From Candidatus Micrarchaeota archaeon (GTDB lineage: Archaea; Micrarchaeota; Micrarchaeia; Anstonellales; Bilamarchaeaceae), in contig JBDRLQ010000016.1 of the NCBI GenBank assembly GCA_043812915.1, positions 36,318 to 100,317 of the forward strand: a DNA stretch of 64,000 nt, in the 5' to 3' direction. Both the position numbers and the translations under genes were made by a program. This document shows positions 36,401-45,487 of this stretch, in pieces (positions within the stretch are counted from its first letter, which is position 1; each line of letters begins with the position of its first letter). The notes below the pieces were generated by a model that worked only from the letters and a program-made list of their open reading frames with translations, had not been told where the DNA came from and ran no database searches.

Positions 36401-38301
36401 GCCTTGGTGTTTCCGAGTATATGCCTTATCTCTTCTTCCATTGCTGCGAATGCGGCTGATGACCTCACGCCCGACATCTTGACCACGTCGAGGTCGCGGC
36501 ATCCTATGTTGGCCAGTTCCTCCTGGGTCATGTGGACATTGACGCCTGCCTTTCCATATATGCGGGATACTACGTGCCGCATTTCATCGCGGGTAAGCTC
36601 ATGCCTGAGCTTGCCATAGAAGAAACCCATGTTCTGGTCCACGCGGTACATGCCCCCCACCACCATCTCGTGGGGTGGGGTGGTGACCTGCTTGTAGAAC
36701 GCTCCTGCCGCCCCGCCCCTCCTCTGGGCTGCTGCGGCCCTGGCTTCGAAGGCGGGCTTTCCGCCTACTACTGCCGTGGTGCCTGTCTTGGCCATTTCCC
36801 TGGCGAATGCTATTCCGTGTGTTCCGGCGGCCCTGGTTCCCCTGGCAACCACCTGCGTGGTTCTTGACATGGAATCCACAGTGCCTGCGACTATGGGGCC
36901 GAGTATGGCGTACCTTCCGAATGCCTTTCCAAGCGCGCTCTGCACCCTCTGGTGCGCCGCGCTGCGCACTCCGAGCTCCGGGTGCGCTGTTAGCACTTCG
37001 AGCCTCTTCCATGTGCTAAGGCCGCTTATATACTGCCTAATTGAGCCTCCCAATACGGCGTCCTGCCCTCCCCTGCCTTCAAGCGTTGACATAAGCTGGG
37101 ATACTACCCTGTGCTCCTCCTCTCCATAGTGGTATGGGAGCCTGCGCGCAAGGCTTCTTGCCTCCTCAGCCGACATGCCTGCCCTGCGGGCTGCGACCGC
37201 CATGCTCTCGGACATCTGCCTCAGCTGCCCGACATCGCCTGCGGCCCTGTCCCCTGCGGTTGCGGGCGCTGCCTGCGCCAGCCTGCGTATCTCACTTACT
37301 TCTGAAGGCGTTACTCCCGCGCCTCTGGTGGCGAGCCTCTCTGAAGTAAGGGCTGTCGCTCCTGCCGCAAGGCCCATGTTGCTCTTTAGCGTCCTCTTCA
37401 TTTCCGTGTAACCGAAAGGGGCGAGTATCTGCCCACTGGCCGAGACTCCCTTTGGAGCCGGAAGCCTTGGCGTGGTTATGTCTAGCAATGATATGGGCGA
37501 TTTGCCCGAAAAGTACATCGATGCCAGAAGAAGGCCGAGTATCATGAATATCCCCAGGCACGGAAGCGTTCCTCCTATTCCGCTTGGCCCTGCAACCAGG
37601 GAAGTTATCATGTCCGTAAGCTCCGGGAGTATTCCCGGGCTTGTGTCTTCGGTTGTGAGCGTGGTGGTGTACGGAGTAGTCGTTATCCCTCCATTGAGCT
37701 GCGCCGGGGCCACTACCTTCACGTTTATCCTTCCTGTTCCTCCGAGCTCCCCTCCTGTTGAATACAAGCTTGTGGGCACTTCGCAGGATACATAGTAATA
37801 TGGTATGGCGTCCGCGCCTTCACCCACGGTCCTGTAGTCCTCCGCGGTGAGTACTGGGCTGCAGTCAGGTATTCCCACCCAGTCCCTCGCGTTGGGGCTC
37901 CAGTAAAGGAATGTGAAATTAGCATTGGGCACTGTCATGTATGTTACGTCCTGTTCAGTGCTGCCGAGCCTTTCAGCGCTCGCACTGTGAATGCAGCTCT
38001 GCCAGTCGTATCCTCCGTCTTCCCTGATGAATTCGGCGGCGTCGCAGTACTCATGGTAGCCTTCTCCCCTGCAACACTCTGCTATGCGCTGCGTTTCCGA
38101 AAAATCCACTGCGGACGCTTCGGTACGGAAAAGAAGCAGGCTCGCCTCAAGGACATTGGAGCCCTCTCCGGTCGGCATTACCACCAACTGTCCCTCGAAG
38201 AAATCAGAGCCTCCGAAAAGGTCGGCACTGACTGTGGGGACCAGCATCAGCAAAACAAACATCCCAACGAACAAATTTCTTATTGCGGACATCTTAATCA
38301 C
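33496..38301 (-). CDS. giant single-pass membrane protein of unknown function (1601 aa) with a C-terminal Cys4 zinc-ribbon-like tail
   Basis: Signal peptide, ~230-aa Cys-containing N-domain, TM LPCLGIFMILGLLLASMYF, ~1330-aa helical region, CANCG...CSNASC. Confidence 0.85.
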   Translation of the reverse strand: MIKMSAIRNLFVGMFVLLMLVPTVSADLFGGSDFFEGQLVVMPTGEGSNVLEASLLLFRTEASAVDFSETQRIAECCRGEGYHEYCDAAEFIREDGGYDWQSCIHSASAERLGSTEQDVTYMTVPNANFTFLYWSPNARDWVGIPDCSPVLTAEDYRTVGEGADAIPYYYVSCEVPTSLYSTGGELGGTGRINVKVVAPAQLNGGITTTPYTTTLTTEDTSPGILPELTDMITSLVAGPSGIGGTLPCLGIFMILGLLLASMYFSGKSPISLLDITTPRLPAPKGVSASGQILAPFGYTEMKRTLKSNMGLAAGATALTSERLATRGAGVTPSEVSEIRRLAQAAPATAGDRAAGDVGQLRQMSESMAVAARRAGMSAEEARSLARRLPYHYGEEEHRVVSQLMSTLEGRGGQDAVLGGSIRQYISGLSTWKRLEVLTAHPELGVRSAAHQRVQSALGKAFGRYAILGPIVAGTVDSMSRTTQVVARGTRAAGTHGIAFAREMAKTGTTAVVGGKPAFEARAAAAQRRGGAAGAFYKQVTTPPHEMVVGGMYRVDQNMGFFYGKLRHELTRDEMRHVVSRIYGKAGVNVHMTQEELANIGCRDLDVVKMSGVRSSAAFAAMEEEIRHILGNTKASGEQKLGQLLNLAERQGIARSEFSGMLQFQRSVEAVEASKMPEFAKMLALQQVIEQHHNDFPPGSASSPNAFHSFVGREHMTAQEIWNMSVFRSMVYANEEGHVYGAGIKEALQSEWLKAVNRMVTLNPASNMHELPEYMRNEVQLGKIRDRARGYFADMFTAEGREMFQKVKGKSVSQAAIAEMVDFTFGGAIPKSGMTPDGRRVWHQGAFELAPPTGAFKTDMKTHWLSHIDTSENIAMAPWINRRFGGGYVTALDPSVEARLDRAVGSTSWSVDQRRTKAQQMWVSDYIEKDMRNRANSTFCNHAYGGQMHETTGFYNNVLAAFMEKALKENKGMPGNHADLRFLETMKMQNPEDLKKFRTLAMEHQDDLKKVLGSKITYDDLAGFKQPWVLMSDGGYCPYRHAMPVGDKDRMLAGEVSLYNRETKSHMLFNPDDVNIHFGGRSDLERRWQDLQSKRTTHEWNAFMNEVTAWAKDGGYSYEKQKILGAVTWRYGNQTYDYGKFWNNSDVKVMAKREVMPLAPSIFRMFNWEAPGLMKAIKPFRDMALHVGDYVSRVALSAGGELHKASWEITPYSEFYRQASWRNAQRIMSADLNQLGLSAQEQKAYRRLAIDQGRFDQVWAFAIDRNPWLASSSFGTHQAWAAKFHFGPQDTYSLSNNLQSYMTKSEYMNFMAHSGAVISVARRMMAPYTNMFRGMQMSMQGYASKFDSVNDPLRQYNFTQPRVLEALQSLNPFSASIGRGRLAQALNKSNVFQSSLEARQLAGNDFRGGLGAAAQDMWLQNEGVYSDVRIGAANPGLSAYSYRANLRLDPTMAANMLRSGDASVLFEKEIHDSALDTHHRRTISAEALQIRRGQEMRGFGVSQNSMFGWANPLLFMWHMPAPGTGSFGLRNITTSLVDFVKNGHRGGGYMNRLADTADRTGAALGRAMRPWRMSSVCYCANCGRAGYRGATCSNASCRSRLY

Positions 38302-38339
38302 ACTTCTAAGTAAATCGGGTCGACGCCGCTTTATAAACC

Positions 38340-38390
38340 TGTAGGTTTTATAGTTATATGAAAACTACAAAAACTACAAAATCTGTAGTT
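38340..38390. promoter_or_regulatory. array of AACTACA-like heptamers (putative operator)
   Basis: TGTAGGTTTTATAGTT (38340-38355) is a 14/16 inverted copy of AACTACAAAAACTACA (38363-38378); a further TGTAGTT lies at 38384-38390; TTTATAAA adjacent. Confidence 0.55.
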
Positions 38391-38423
38391 TATTGTCGTA
38401 AAACAAGATAAGAAGGGGTAAAT

Positions 38424-39485
38424 ATGAAAGGAACGAATCCATTCCCGCTATGGGGAGAGACACCTCAGAGCATTATAGGTAGGAATAACGAAATTGATAT
38501 ATTTAATAGTTACCTAAACGCGGTTTCCTCCGGTACGCCCGTGCTCGTGCTCTCAACCGGGGGCCCCGGGAGCGGAAAGACGCTGCTTTTCCGCCGTTTA
38601 CGCCGTGAGAGCATAAAGGAAGGCCTCGCGTCACCATATATAAAGATAGAGCGGGGGGAGTCCGAATCCGACCTGGTGAACAAGCTCCACCAGGAGATGA
38701 TAGGCTTCCTGGAGACCCAGGAAGGGGAGCGGGCCAGGCCCGGCAGGTATTCCGCCTCCATAAACGCCCTCAGGAAGAGGAGCGCTGGCACCCTGGAGGG
38801 CTTTTCGAGGGCGGCCGCCTCGGACTTAGGCGGGGTGATGCACGGGATAATGTTCTTCATAGACGATTTCGACAACCTGCGCAAGAGCGAGGATGAGTTC
38901 CAGAAGATTGCCTCGATTGTCAGCAGGGGGAAACTGCCCGTCGGCTTCGCGCTCTCATCCACCCGGGATTACGGGGGCAGCGACCCAGTAATACGGAGAT
39001 TCGCCCTTTCCGCCTTCACAGAGCATGATGTGCTTGAGCTTGTGGATAAGGCTCTTGGGAAAGGGCCGCCGAAGATGGGAGAGCAATGCCTGAAATCAAT
39101 TATGGCCGACAGCGGCGGGAATCCCCGCCTGGTGAAGACTTCCTGCTGGATGCTTTATGAGAGATTGAAGGAAACTGACAAGATTATAACGAAGGGGCAT
39201 TACCTGGCGGCTTTGCCGGCCCTGACGAGCATGCTAGGCAGGGAATGGTTCGGCCCGATGTACAGCAGGACACCCGAATCAGAGAGGAAAATCCTGAAAG
39301 TTCTGGCCAGGGAAGGAAAGCAGATGCACATATCAGATGTCGCAACGGCAATGGGAAAGCCTCTTGGCCCAACGACAGCCCTCGCAAAGAGGCTCCTGGA
39401 CAGGGGGCAGATACTCCGGATGGACCGCGGCGTTTACCTTCTCTTTTCCAGGCTCTATGGGAGATATGTCCTTAGCATGTCATAA
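38424..39485 (+). CDS. archaeal ATPase (AAA_16/STAND-like) with C-terminal winged-helix domain
   Basis: NPF...IIGRNNE, Walker A GGPGSGKT, Walker B MFFIDDFD, GGNPRL, C-terminal wHTH ending LLDRGQILRMDRGVY. Confidence 0.85.
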   Translation: MKGTNPFPLWGETPQSIIGRNNEIDIFNSYLNAVSSGTPVLVLSTGGPGSGKTLLFRRLRRESIKEGLASPYIKIERGESESDLVNKLHQEMIGFLETQEGERARPGRYSASINALRKRSAGTLEGFSRAAASDLGGVMHGIMFFIDDFDNLRKSEDEFQKIASIVSRGKLPVGFALSSTRDYGGSDPVIRRFALSAFTEHDVLELVDKALGKGPPKMGEQCLKSIMADSGGNPRLVKTSCWMLYERLKETDKIITKGHYLAALPALTSMLGREWFGPMYSRTPESERKILKVLAREGKQMHISDVATAMGKPLGPTTALAKRLLDRGQILRMDRGVYLLFSRLYGRYVLSMS

Positions 39486-39553
39486 TCCTCCATTCTTTCC
39501 CTGAGCGGATGCCTTATCTTTTAAAAACCTTAAAGGAGGTTTAGAAACGAAAG

Positions 39554-41128
39554 GTGAATACTGTGGACGACAAACAATCTTCTTCGAATCTTAGGGTAAT
39601 TAGTGTTTTCGTTCTTGTCATGATAAACGTGGCCGCGATTGCTTCGCTCCGTGGCCTTCCTGCAATGGCCGAACTCGGTCTCTCATCTGTCTTCTATTTC
39701 GTGGTGATAGCGCTCCTTTTCTTCATACCCACCGCCTTGGTTTCGGCAGAGCTGGCAACAGGCTGGCCGAAGAAAGGAGGGGTGTATGTATGGATAAAGG
39801 AAGCCTTCGGCCAGAGATGGGGATTCCTGGCAATCTGGCTCCAATGGATTCAGAATGTCATCTGGTATCCCACCGTCCTCTCATTCACCGCGGCCACCCT
39901 GGCATATGTCTTCAGCCCTGCCTTGGCATCTAACCCGTTGTATATGCTGGGGGTTATCCTTGCGGTGTACTGGGGAGCGACATTGGCAAACTTTCGCGGT
40001 ATGAAGACTTCCGGAACGATAACCACAATCGGAGCGGTCGGAGGGACAATCCTTCCAGCATTAATTATCATCATCCTCGCAGGAATATGGATATCTTCGG
40101 GCAACGCGCTCCAGATCGAATTCAATTTTCAGGACTTGGTTCCGGACCTTAGCAGCATAGGCACAATCGTCCTTGCCGCAAGCGTCCTCCTAGGTTTCTG
40201 CGGAATGGAGATGTCCGCCGTGCACGCCCAGGAAGTTAGAAATCCGCAGAATAATTTCCCCCGGGCGATACTTCTTTCGACGGCGCTCATCTTGGGGATA
40301 TTCATCCTCGGGACACTATCAATCGCGATAGTGGTCCCCACTGCGAAAATCAGCTTGGTTGCTGGAATCATGCAGGCCTTCACAAGCTTCTTTGATGCGT
40401 ACAATATCGGTTGGATGGTTCCAATCATCGCTCTTTTGATTGTCCTTGGGTCAATCGGCTCTGTGAGCACCTGGATTGTGGGCCCGAGCAAGGGATTGTT
40501 CGCGACAGCATCCGAAGGCTCTCTCCCGCCCTTCTTCCAGAAGGTGAACAAGAACGGGATGCCTGTCAACCTGATGCTGGTCCAGGCGGGGATAGTGACC
40601 CTGCTGGCGCTCATATTCCTTCTGATGCCTAATGTCAGCAGCTCATACTGGATTCTGACAGCGCTGACAGCGCAGCTTTATCTAATCATGTACGTGCTGC
40701 TCTTCCTTGCAGCACTCAAGCTGCGCTATTCCAGGCCGGAAGTTCCGCGCGCATACAGGATCCCATTCGGTAAACTCGGCATGTGGGTTGTCGCGGGAGT
40801 TGGAAGCCTGGCGGCCCTTTCAGGGATTTTCATCGGATTCTTCCCGCCATCCCAGCTCCAGACCGGGAACATAATATTCTACGAGTCATTCCTGGTTGTT
40901 GGCATACTGCTGGTTGTTTCCGCCCCCCTGGTGATACACCACTTCAGGAAGCCGGAATGGGTTCCGAAAACAGCGAGGCAGGATATGACAATCAGCGCAG
41001 CTCCGGAAATACTTGCCAGGAAAATGGCAAAGGCTGACCGGATAGCCGGCTACACGAAAAAACCAGGGGCAAGGAACCCAAAAAAGAAGAGTATCAAATC
41101 CAGAAAGAAAACCAAGAGAAGGGGATGA
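39554..41128 (+). CDS. gadC: glutamate:GABA antiporter (GadC-like APC transporter)
   Basis: FFIPTALVSAELATGWP..GGVYVW, GMEMSAVHA, WIVGPSKGL; adjacent to glutamate decarboxylase. Confidence 0.88.
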   Translation: MNTVDDKQSSSNLRVISVFVLVMINVAAIASLRGLPAMAELGLSSVFYFVVIALLFFIPTALVSAELATGWPKKGGVYVWIKEAFGQRWGFLAIWLQWIQNVIWYPTVLSFTAATLAYVFSPALASNPLYMLGVILAVYWGATLANFRGMKTSGTITTIGAVGGTILPALIIIILAGIWISSGNALQIEFNFQDLVPDLSSIGTIVLAASVLLGFCGMEMSAVHAQEVRNPQNNFPRAILLSTALILGIFILGTLSIAIVVPTAKISLVAGIMQAFTSFFDAYNIGWMVPIIALLIVLGSIGSVSTWIVGPSKGLFATASEGSLPPFFQKVNKNGMPVNLMLVQAGIVTLLALIFLLMPNVSSSYWILTALTAQLYLIMYVLLFLAALKLRYSRPEVPRAYRIPFGKLGMWVVAGVGSLAALSGIFIGFFPPSQLQTGNIIFYESFLVVGILLVVSAPLVIHHFRKPEWVPKTARQDMTISAAPEILARKMAKADRIAGYTKKPGARNPKKKSIKSRKKTKRRG

Positions 41129-41132
41129 AGAA

Positions 41133-42533
41133 ATGGTATCCAAGAAAGCTGAAATAAAGAAAGGAAAAGTGGTGGAGACTGTTGGCGCGAGCACCTACTC
41201 GACAAGATTCTTTGAGGAGGAAGTCCCGAAATACGTCCTCAGGGAAGAAGGGATGCCCGCGAAGGCGGCATACCAGCTGATTCATGACGAGCTCAATCTC
41301 GATGGCAATACCTCCCTCAATCTGGCCACATTCAACACCACGTGGATGGAGCCCGAGGCCAGGCAGATCATCATGGAGAACCTGAACAAGAACTACATTG
41401 ACCATGACGAGTATCCGCAGACGGCGGAAGTTGAAAAAAGGGTAATCAACATGCTGGCCCGGCTCTTCAACGCCCCGGAAGCAAAGAGCTTTGTTGGAGC
41501 TAACACGGTCGGCTCATCAGAAGCAATCCTGCTTGCCTGCCTAGCGCATAAATGGACCTGGAAGAACCGGCAGAAGGCAAAGCGAAGGCCGTTTGACAAG
41601 CCGAACATCGTGATGGGGGGAGACGTCCATACGGTATGGGACAAGTTCGCAAGATACTTCGATGTGGAGCCAAGGATTGTTCCGCTCAAGCCTGACCGCT
41701 ACGTTGTCAGCGTCAAGGAGATCGAGAAGCTCATCGATGAGAACACAATCTGCGTGGGCGCGATTCTAGGGACCACCTTCACCGGCCAGGCCGACCCGAT
41801 CGAGGAAATAAACGACATGCTTGTCAGAATAAAGAAGACCAAGGGCTGGGATATCCCAATCCACGTCGATGCCGCCAGCGGAGGTTTCGTCCTTCCATTC
41901 ACAAACCCGAAGATGAAATGGGACTTCAGGCTGCCGCAGGTGAAGACGATTAACGCCTCCGGGCACAAGTTCGGCCTGACCTACCCTGGCTGCGGATGGC
42001 TCGTCTTCAGGGATGAAACGGACCTGCCCGATGACATAGTCTTCCACATAAATTACCTTGGGGGGGAGATGCCCTCATTCACACTGAATTTCTCAAGGGG
42101 AAGCGCGATGTTGCTCGCGCAGTACTACAATCTCCTTCGCCTTGGGAAAAGCGGATACCGCAGGATTCTGAAGAATATACTCGGAAACGCGCAGTACCTT
42201 GCCCAGAAAATCAAGACCTGCGGCAGGTTCAGCATGCTCAGCACAGCCAAGGTGGTCCCAGTGGTTACTTTCCAGATGGCAAAAGGGCAGGGTTTCAGCG
42301 TATACGAGCTTTCCGACAAGCTAAGGGAGAGGGGCTGGATTGTTCCGGCATACACCCTTCCGCCTAATGCCGAGAGCGTGGCGATACTGAGGGTTGTGGT
42401 CAAGGAGAACTTCAGCCGCGACATGGCTGATTTGTTCTTCAACGACATCATCAACGCGTGCAACGCCCTTGATAAGCCGAAAGTGAAGGAAAAGAAGACC
42501 TCTAGGGGGAAGAAGGAAGATCACATCTGCTAA
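41133..42533 (+). CDS. gadB: glutamate decarboxylase
   Basis: NLATFNTTWME, KNYIDHDEYPQT, GSSEA, HVDAASGGF, SGHKFG (PLP lysine), LNFSR. Confidence 0.95.
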   Translation: MVSKKAEIKKGKVVETVGASTYSTRFFEEEVPKYVLREEGMPAKAAYQLIHDELNLDGNTSLNLATFNTTWMEPEARQIIMENLNKNYIDHDEYPQTAEVEKRVINMLARLFNAPEAKSFVGANTVGSSEAILLACLAHKWTWKNRQKAKRRPFDKPNIVMGGDVHTVWDKFARYFDVEPRIVPLKPDRYVVSVKEIEKLIDENTICVGAILGTTFTGQADPIEEINDMLVRIKKTKGWDIPIHVDAASGGFVLPFTNPKMKWDFRLPQVKTINASGHKFGLTYPGCGWLVFRDETDLPDDIVFHINYLGGEMPSFTLNFSRGSAMLLAQYYNLLRLGKSGYRRILKNILGNAQYLAQKIKTCGRFSMLSTAKVVPVVTFQMAKGQGFSVYELSDKLRERGWIVPAYTLPPNAESVAILRVVVKENFSRDMADLFFNDIINACNALDKPKVKEKKTSRGKKEDHIC

Positions 42534-42835
42534 TTGAGCAGCTCTTCTCTCAGACCAGCGTTCTGGAGCTTCAGGCTGGCCGCCCTCTGAATCAGCCCGT
42601 GCGGGCTGTTTTCAGCCAGGTGGCTCAGTTGCTCCTTCATGCCAATTGCCTCTATCCTTGTGAGCGCAAGGATTGTTTCCGCGACTTTTCTCTCGGGAGG
42701 CTGAAGCGGGGGCCTCCATATGCCGCTTCGCATTTCAACCAGTTCCCATAAATAGTCTCTTATTATTGGGTGCAGTCGGGGCGTTCTCCGGTTAGGCGCC
42801 TTTATTATTGCCCGTAGCTCTCTTTTGGAAGACAT
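42530..42835 (-). CDS. hypothetical protein
   Basis: 101-aa ORF with a GTGA RBS-like site; HEAT-like C-terminus. Confidence 0.55.
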   Translation of the reverse strand: MSSKRELRAIIKAPNRRTPRLHPIIRDYLWELVEMRSGIWRPPLQPPERKVAETILALTRIEAIGMKEQLSHLAENSPHGLIQRAASLKLQNAGLREELLN

Positions 42836-42897
42836 AATCAGTCACAAGTTGCAGGAAAAAGATAAAAAAATGGCGGCACTTTGCCGCCGGCATCTAT

Positions 42898-43236
42898 TCA
42901 GCCTCTGTCATTGAGGTCGAAATCGATTCCCCCTCCGACCTTGAGCACTATGTTGTATACGGTCGCAGACAGGAATCCCATTATGAATGCCAGAATGCTG
43001 TTCACAACAAGGCCAATCAGTCCGAATATGAAGAACATAATCAGGCCGATTATCCCACCGCCGAAAGCGTCCATCGGGTTGTTGGATGCCGCCATCCCGA
43101 GAAGGGTCATGAGGACCATGATTATGCTCATTATGACCATCAGCACTACTCCGAGCACAAAGCTCCATATCGCGAGCAGCTTCCCAAGGGAAACCGCGCC
43201 TATGTGCGTAAGGGTTACTTTTTGCATATGTTTCAC
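42898..43236 (-). CDS. DUF3566-like small membrane protein
   Basis: LTHIGAVSLGK...two TM segments...YNIVLKVGGGIDF. Confidence 0.75.
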   Translation of the reverse strand: MKHMQKVTLTHIGAVSLGKLLAIWSFVLGVVLMVIMSIIMVLMTLLGMAASNNPMDAFGGGIIGLIMFFIFGLIGLVVNSILAFIMGFLSATVYNIVLKVGGGIDFDLNDRG

Positions 43237-43319
43237 CGACCACTACTTGCCAGCCTATGTTTTTTAGCCTGATGGTTGCCTGAGAATGGGTTTTAATCCT
43301 TGCCACCGATGACTAAACC

Positions 43320-44942
43320 ATGAGAATTTTCCTGCTCTCCTTATTGCTCGCCCTCCTTCTGATAGGCTGCGTTGCCAAGGAAGGGGAGGATATCGGCCAA
43401 GGCATCCCTGTTACTGAAACCGGATGCAGTTATGGCAATCCCCCGTGCAGCGAGGATTTCGACTGTGTGGACAATGAATGTGTCCTGAAGCAGGGCTGTG
43501 CCTATGATACCGTGTCCTGCGGGAATGATTCTCTCTGCACGAACAACACGTGCGTGCTCAGGGATGGCTGCAATTATGGCAATCCCTCCTGCGGATATGG
43601 ATATTCCTGCTCCGATAACATGTGCGTGGCGCAGATTTTCGCAGATGATGGCAGGCTCACCGAGTATGCCCGCTCGCTTCGGCCCGAGCTCTTTTCCCTG
43701 GACCTTAATCTGCTTGCCGAGCTGCACCCTGAGAGCTATGGAAACAACTATCTTGAGCCTGGCAACTATACAGTCAGAGTCGGGGATGGCTTTGGCGATG
43801 GCGACTTACTAGTGAAGTTCATGGAGTTCATCCCTCAGAACGACTCTGTTAATGGCCAGATAAGGTTTGAGGTCTTTAGGAAGGAGCGGGACGGCAACTA
43901 CTACCATTATCCGACAATCGAGGATACAATCACCCGCTATAGCTACACCGACATATTCGGAATCGTTATTGAGAGCCCGGGCTATTCATGGCAGATTGAC
44001 CCTTATGAGAACGCGCTGATTTATCACTCCAGCTGCACGGTTTTCCAGGATTACTGCAGGGACGAGGGCAGCGGGGGCCATTATTCTCCAGGTTACCTGG
44101 AGTGCGCCCAGAGATGCCAGTTTGATGCCCTTCCTGAGGAAACAAAGGCGGAGAAGGGTATTTTCTCTGCCATCTATCCCGCAGGATACGGCGACCTTGC
44201 CCTCTTCTCGGCAGGCCTGATGAAGAGTTGCTATAGGAGGAACGTCGATTTCCTTGGCTTTGACCCGAAAAAACCCAGGATAGGGATGGAGGTTTTCCTT
44301 GCCGATGGGCGCAGCGACATAATCGGCTCTGACGAATCGATATCAGCAAAATCAACTGCCGAATACCTAGACCTTGTCACGGACAATCTTGATTATTACA
44401 TGGCCCAGAGCTCATCCAGCGGCTGCGCCTCATATATGCGCATCAGCCATGAGCTCACCCACATTATGGCGAACCATCTCCTTGGCATTGAGAATCGGGG
44501 CCTGATTGAGGGGCTTGCGGAATTCGTGGAGTTCCACAACAACGCCTCCATGAAGCAGTATGTCTGCCTGGATGATGGCTGGCATTATGGCTTTGAGGAC
44601 GAGACCAAGGATTACATCCCGCTATCGGCCTCATTCGGAACCGACCCATATCCCAGCGAGAGCTACTACGCAACCGGATACTGCTTCTGGAATGATTTCG
44701 TGCATGAATACGGCTATCCAAAGTTCGTCCTGGCTATGCACGCACTGAACCAGGAGAGCCGGGGGATAGAAGGCTATTACGTGCTTGATGTAATTGGGAA
44801 TGTCACTGGCAATCCTTTACCCTATAGCGTATTTGACAAGTATTCGCTGACAAGGGAATCGACCTATGTCCCTGGCTGCACGAACTGCGAATTGTTTTTA
44901 GGGGATGTTAATGAGTCAGGCGTATGGATTGCCGGCGAATGA
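43320..44942 (+). CDS. lipoprotein with Cys-rich repeats and a gluzincin-type metallopeptidase domain
   Basis: Lipobox LLIGC; three GCxYxxxxC...C...C repeats; HELTH...LIEGLAEF. Confidence 0.8.
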   Translation: MRIFLLSLLLALLLIGCVAKEGEDIGQGIPVTETGCSYGNPPCSEDFDCVDNECVLKQGCAYDTVSCGNDSLCTNNTCVLRDGCNYGNPSCGYGYSCSDNMCVAQIFADDGRLTEYARSLRPELFSLDLNLLAELHPESYGNNYLEPGNYTVRVGDGFGDGDLLVKFMEFIPQNDSVNGQIRFEVFRKERDGNYYHYPTIEDTITRYSYTDIFGIVIESPGYSWQIDPYENALIYHSSCTVFQDYCRDEGSGGHYSPGYLECAQRCQFDALPEETKAEKGIFSAIYPAGYGDLALFSAGLMKSCYRRNVDFLGFDPKKPRIGMEVFLADGRSDIIGSDESISAKSTAEYLDLVTDNLDYYMAQSSSSGCASYMRISHELTHIMANHLLGIENRGLIEGLAEFVEFHNNASMKQYVCLDDGWHYGFEDETKDYIPLSASFGTDPYPSESYYATGYCFWNDFVHEYGYPKFVLAMHALNQESRGIEGYYVLDVIGNVTGNPLPYSVFDKYSLTRESTYVPGCTNCELFLGDVNESGVWIAGE

Positions 44943-45446
44943 TGCATTCAGTACTCAAGATCTTCATCATCGGGATAACCCCTCAGAGGTATTGCATTTG
45001 TCATCATTCACATATCCCTCTGCTGCCTACTGTTTATAATTAGCTAAGATGGTGTTCAGAAATTGGATACATCATCACCGGGCAATCCGGGGAACAAGTT
45101 CCCCGTCACTCAAGTTCTTCGAACTTAAGATCCCTCAGCTTGTCGAACAATCATCACAATATATATCTATGCTTGAGAAGCGTTAAAAATAGGATGAAAG
45201 TCACTCGAGGCGCCTGCCAAGGCCGAAATGCAGGTATTCTTCCCGCACAATCGGGTATATCACAAGCACTGGTATGCCCGTCTTGATTGCCGCGCCCCCT
45301 ATTTCGGTGAGGGTGGACCGGTAGCATACTCAAGAATAGATGAAATTGCCGTGAAGATTACTGCCGCAACTAAGAAAACCAGGACCTCGCTCTTGTCGAA
45401 TCGCTTTGGATAGATTCTCATAATATTAGCGTATATAAAAGAAAAA

Positions 45447-45476
45447 TTATTGAAGCGCAGAAGCGCGCTTCAATAA
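45447..45476. terminator. 12-bp hairpin downstream of tfb
   Basis: TTATTGAAGCGC-AGAAGC-GCGCTTCAATAA flanked by A/T runs. Confidence 0.5.
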
Positions 45477-45487
45477 AAAAGAAGATT

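Noticed and set aside
33496-38301. Phage tape-measure protein or provirus next to an SLT gene
   Set aside because: Both proteins have export signals, and no capsid, terminase, portal or integrase genes are nearby
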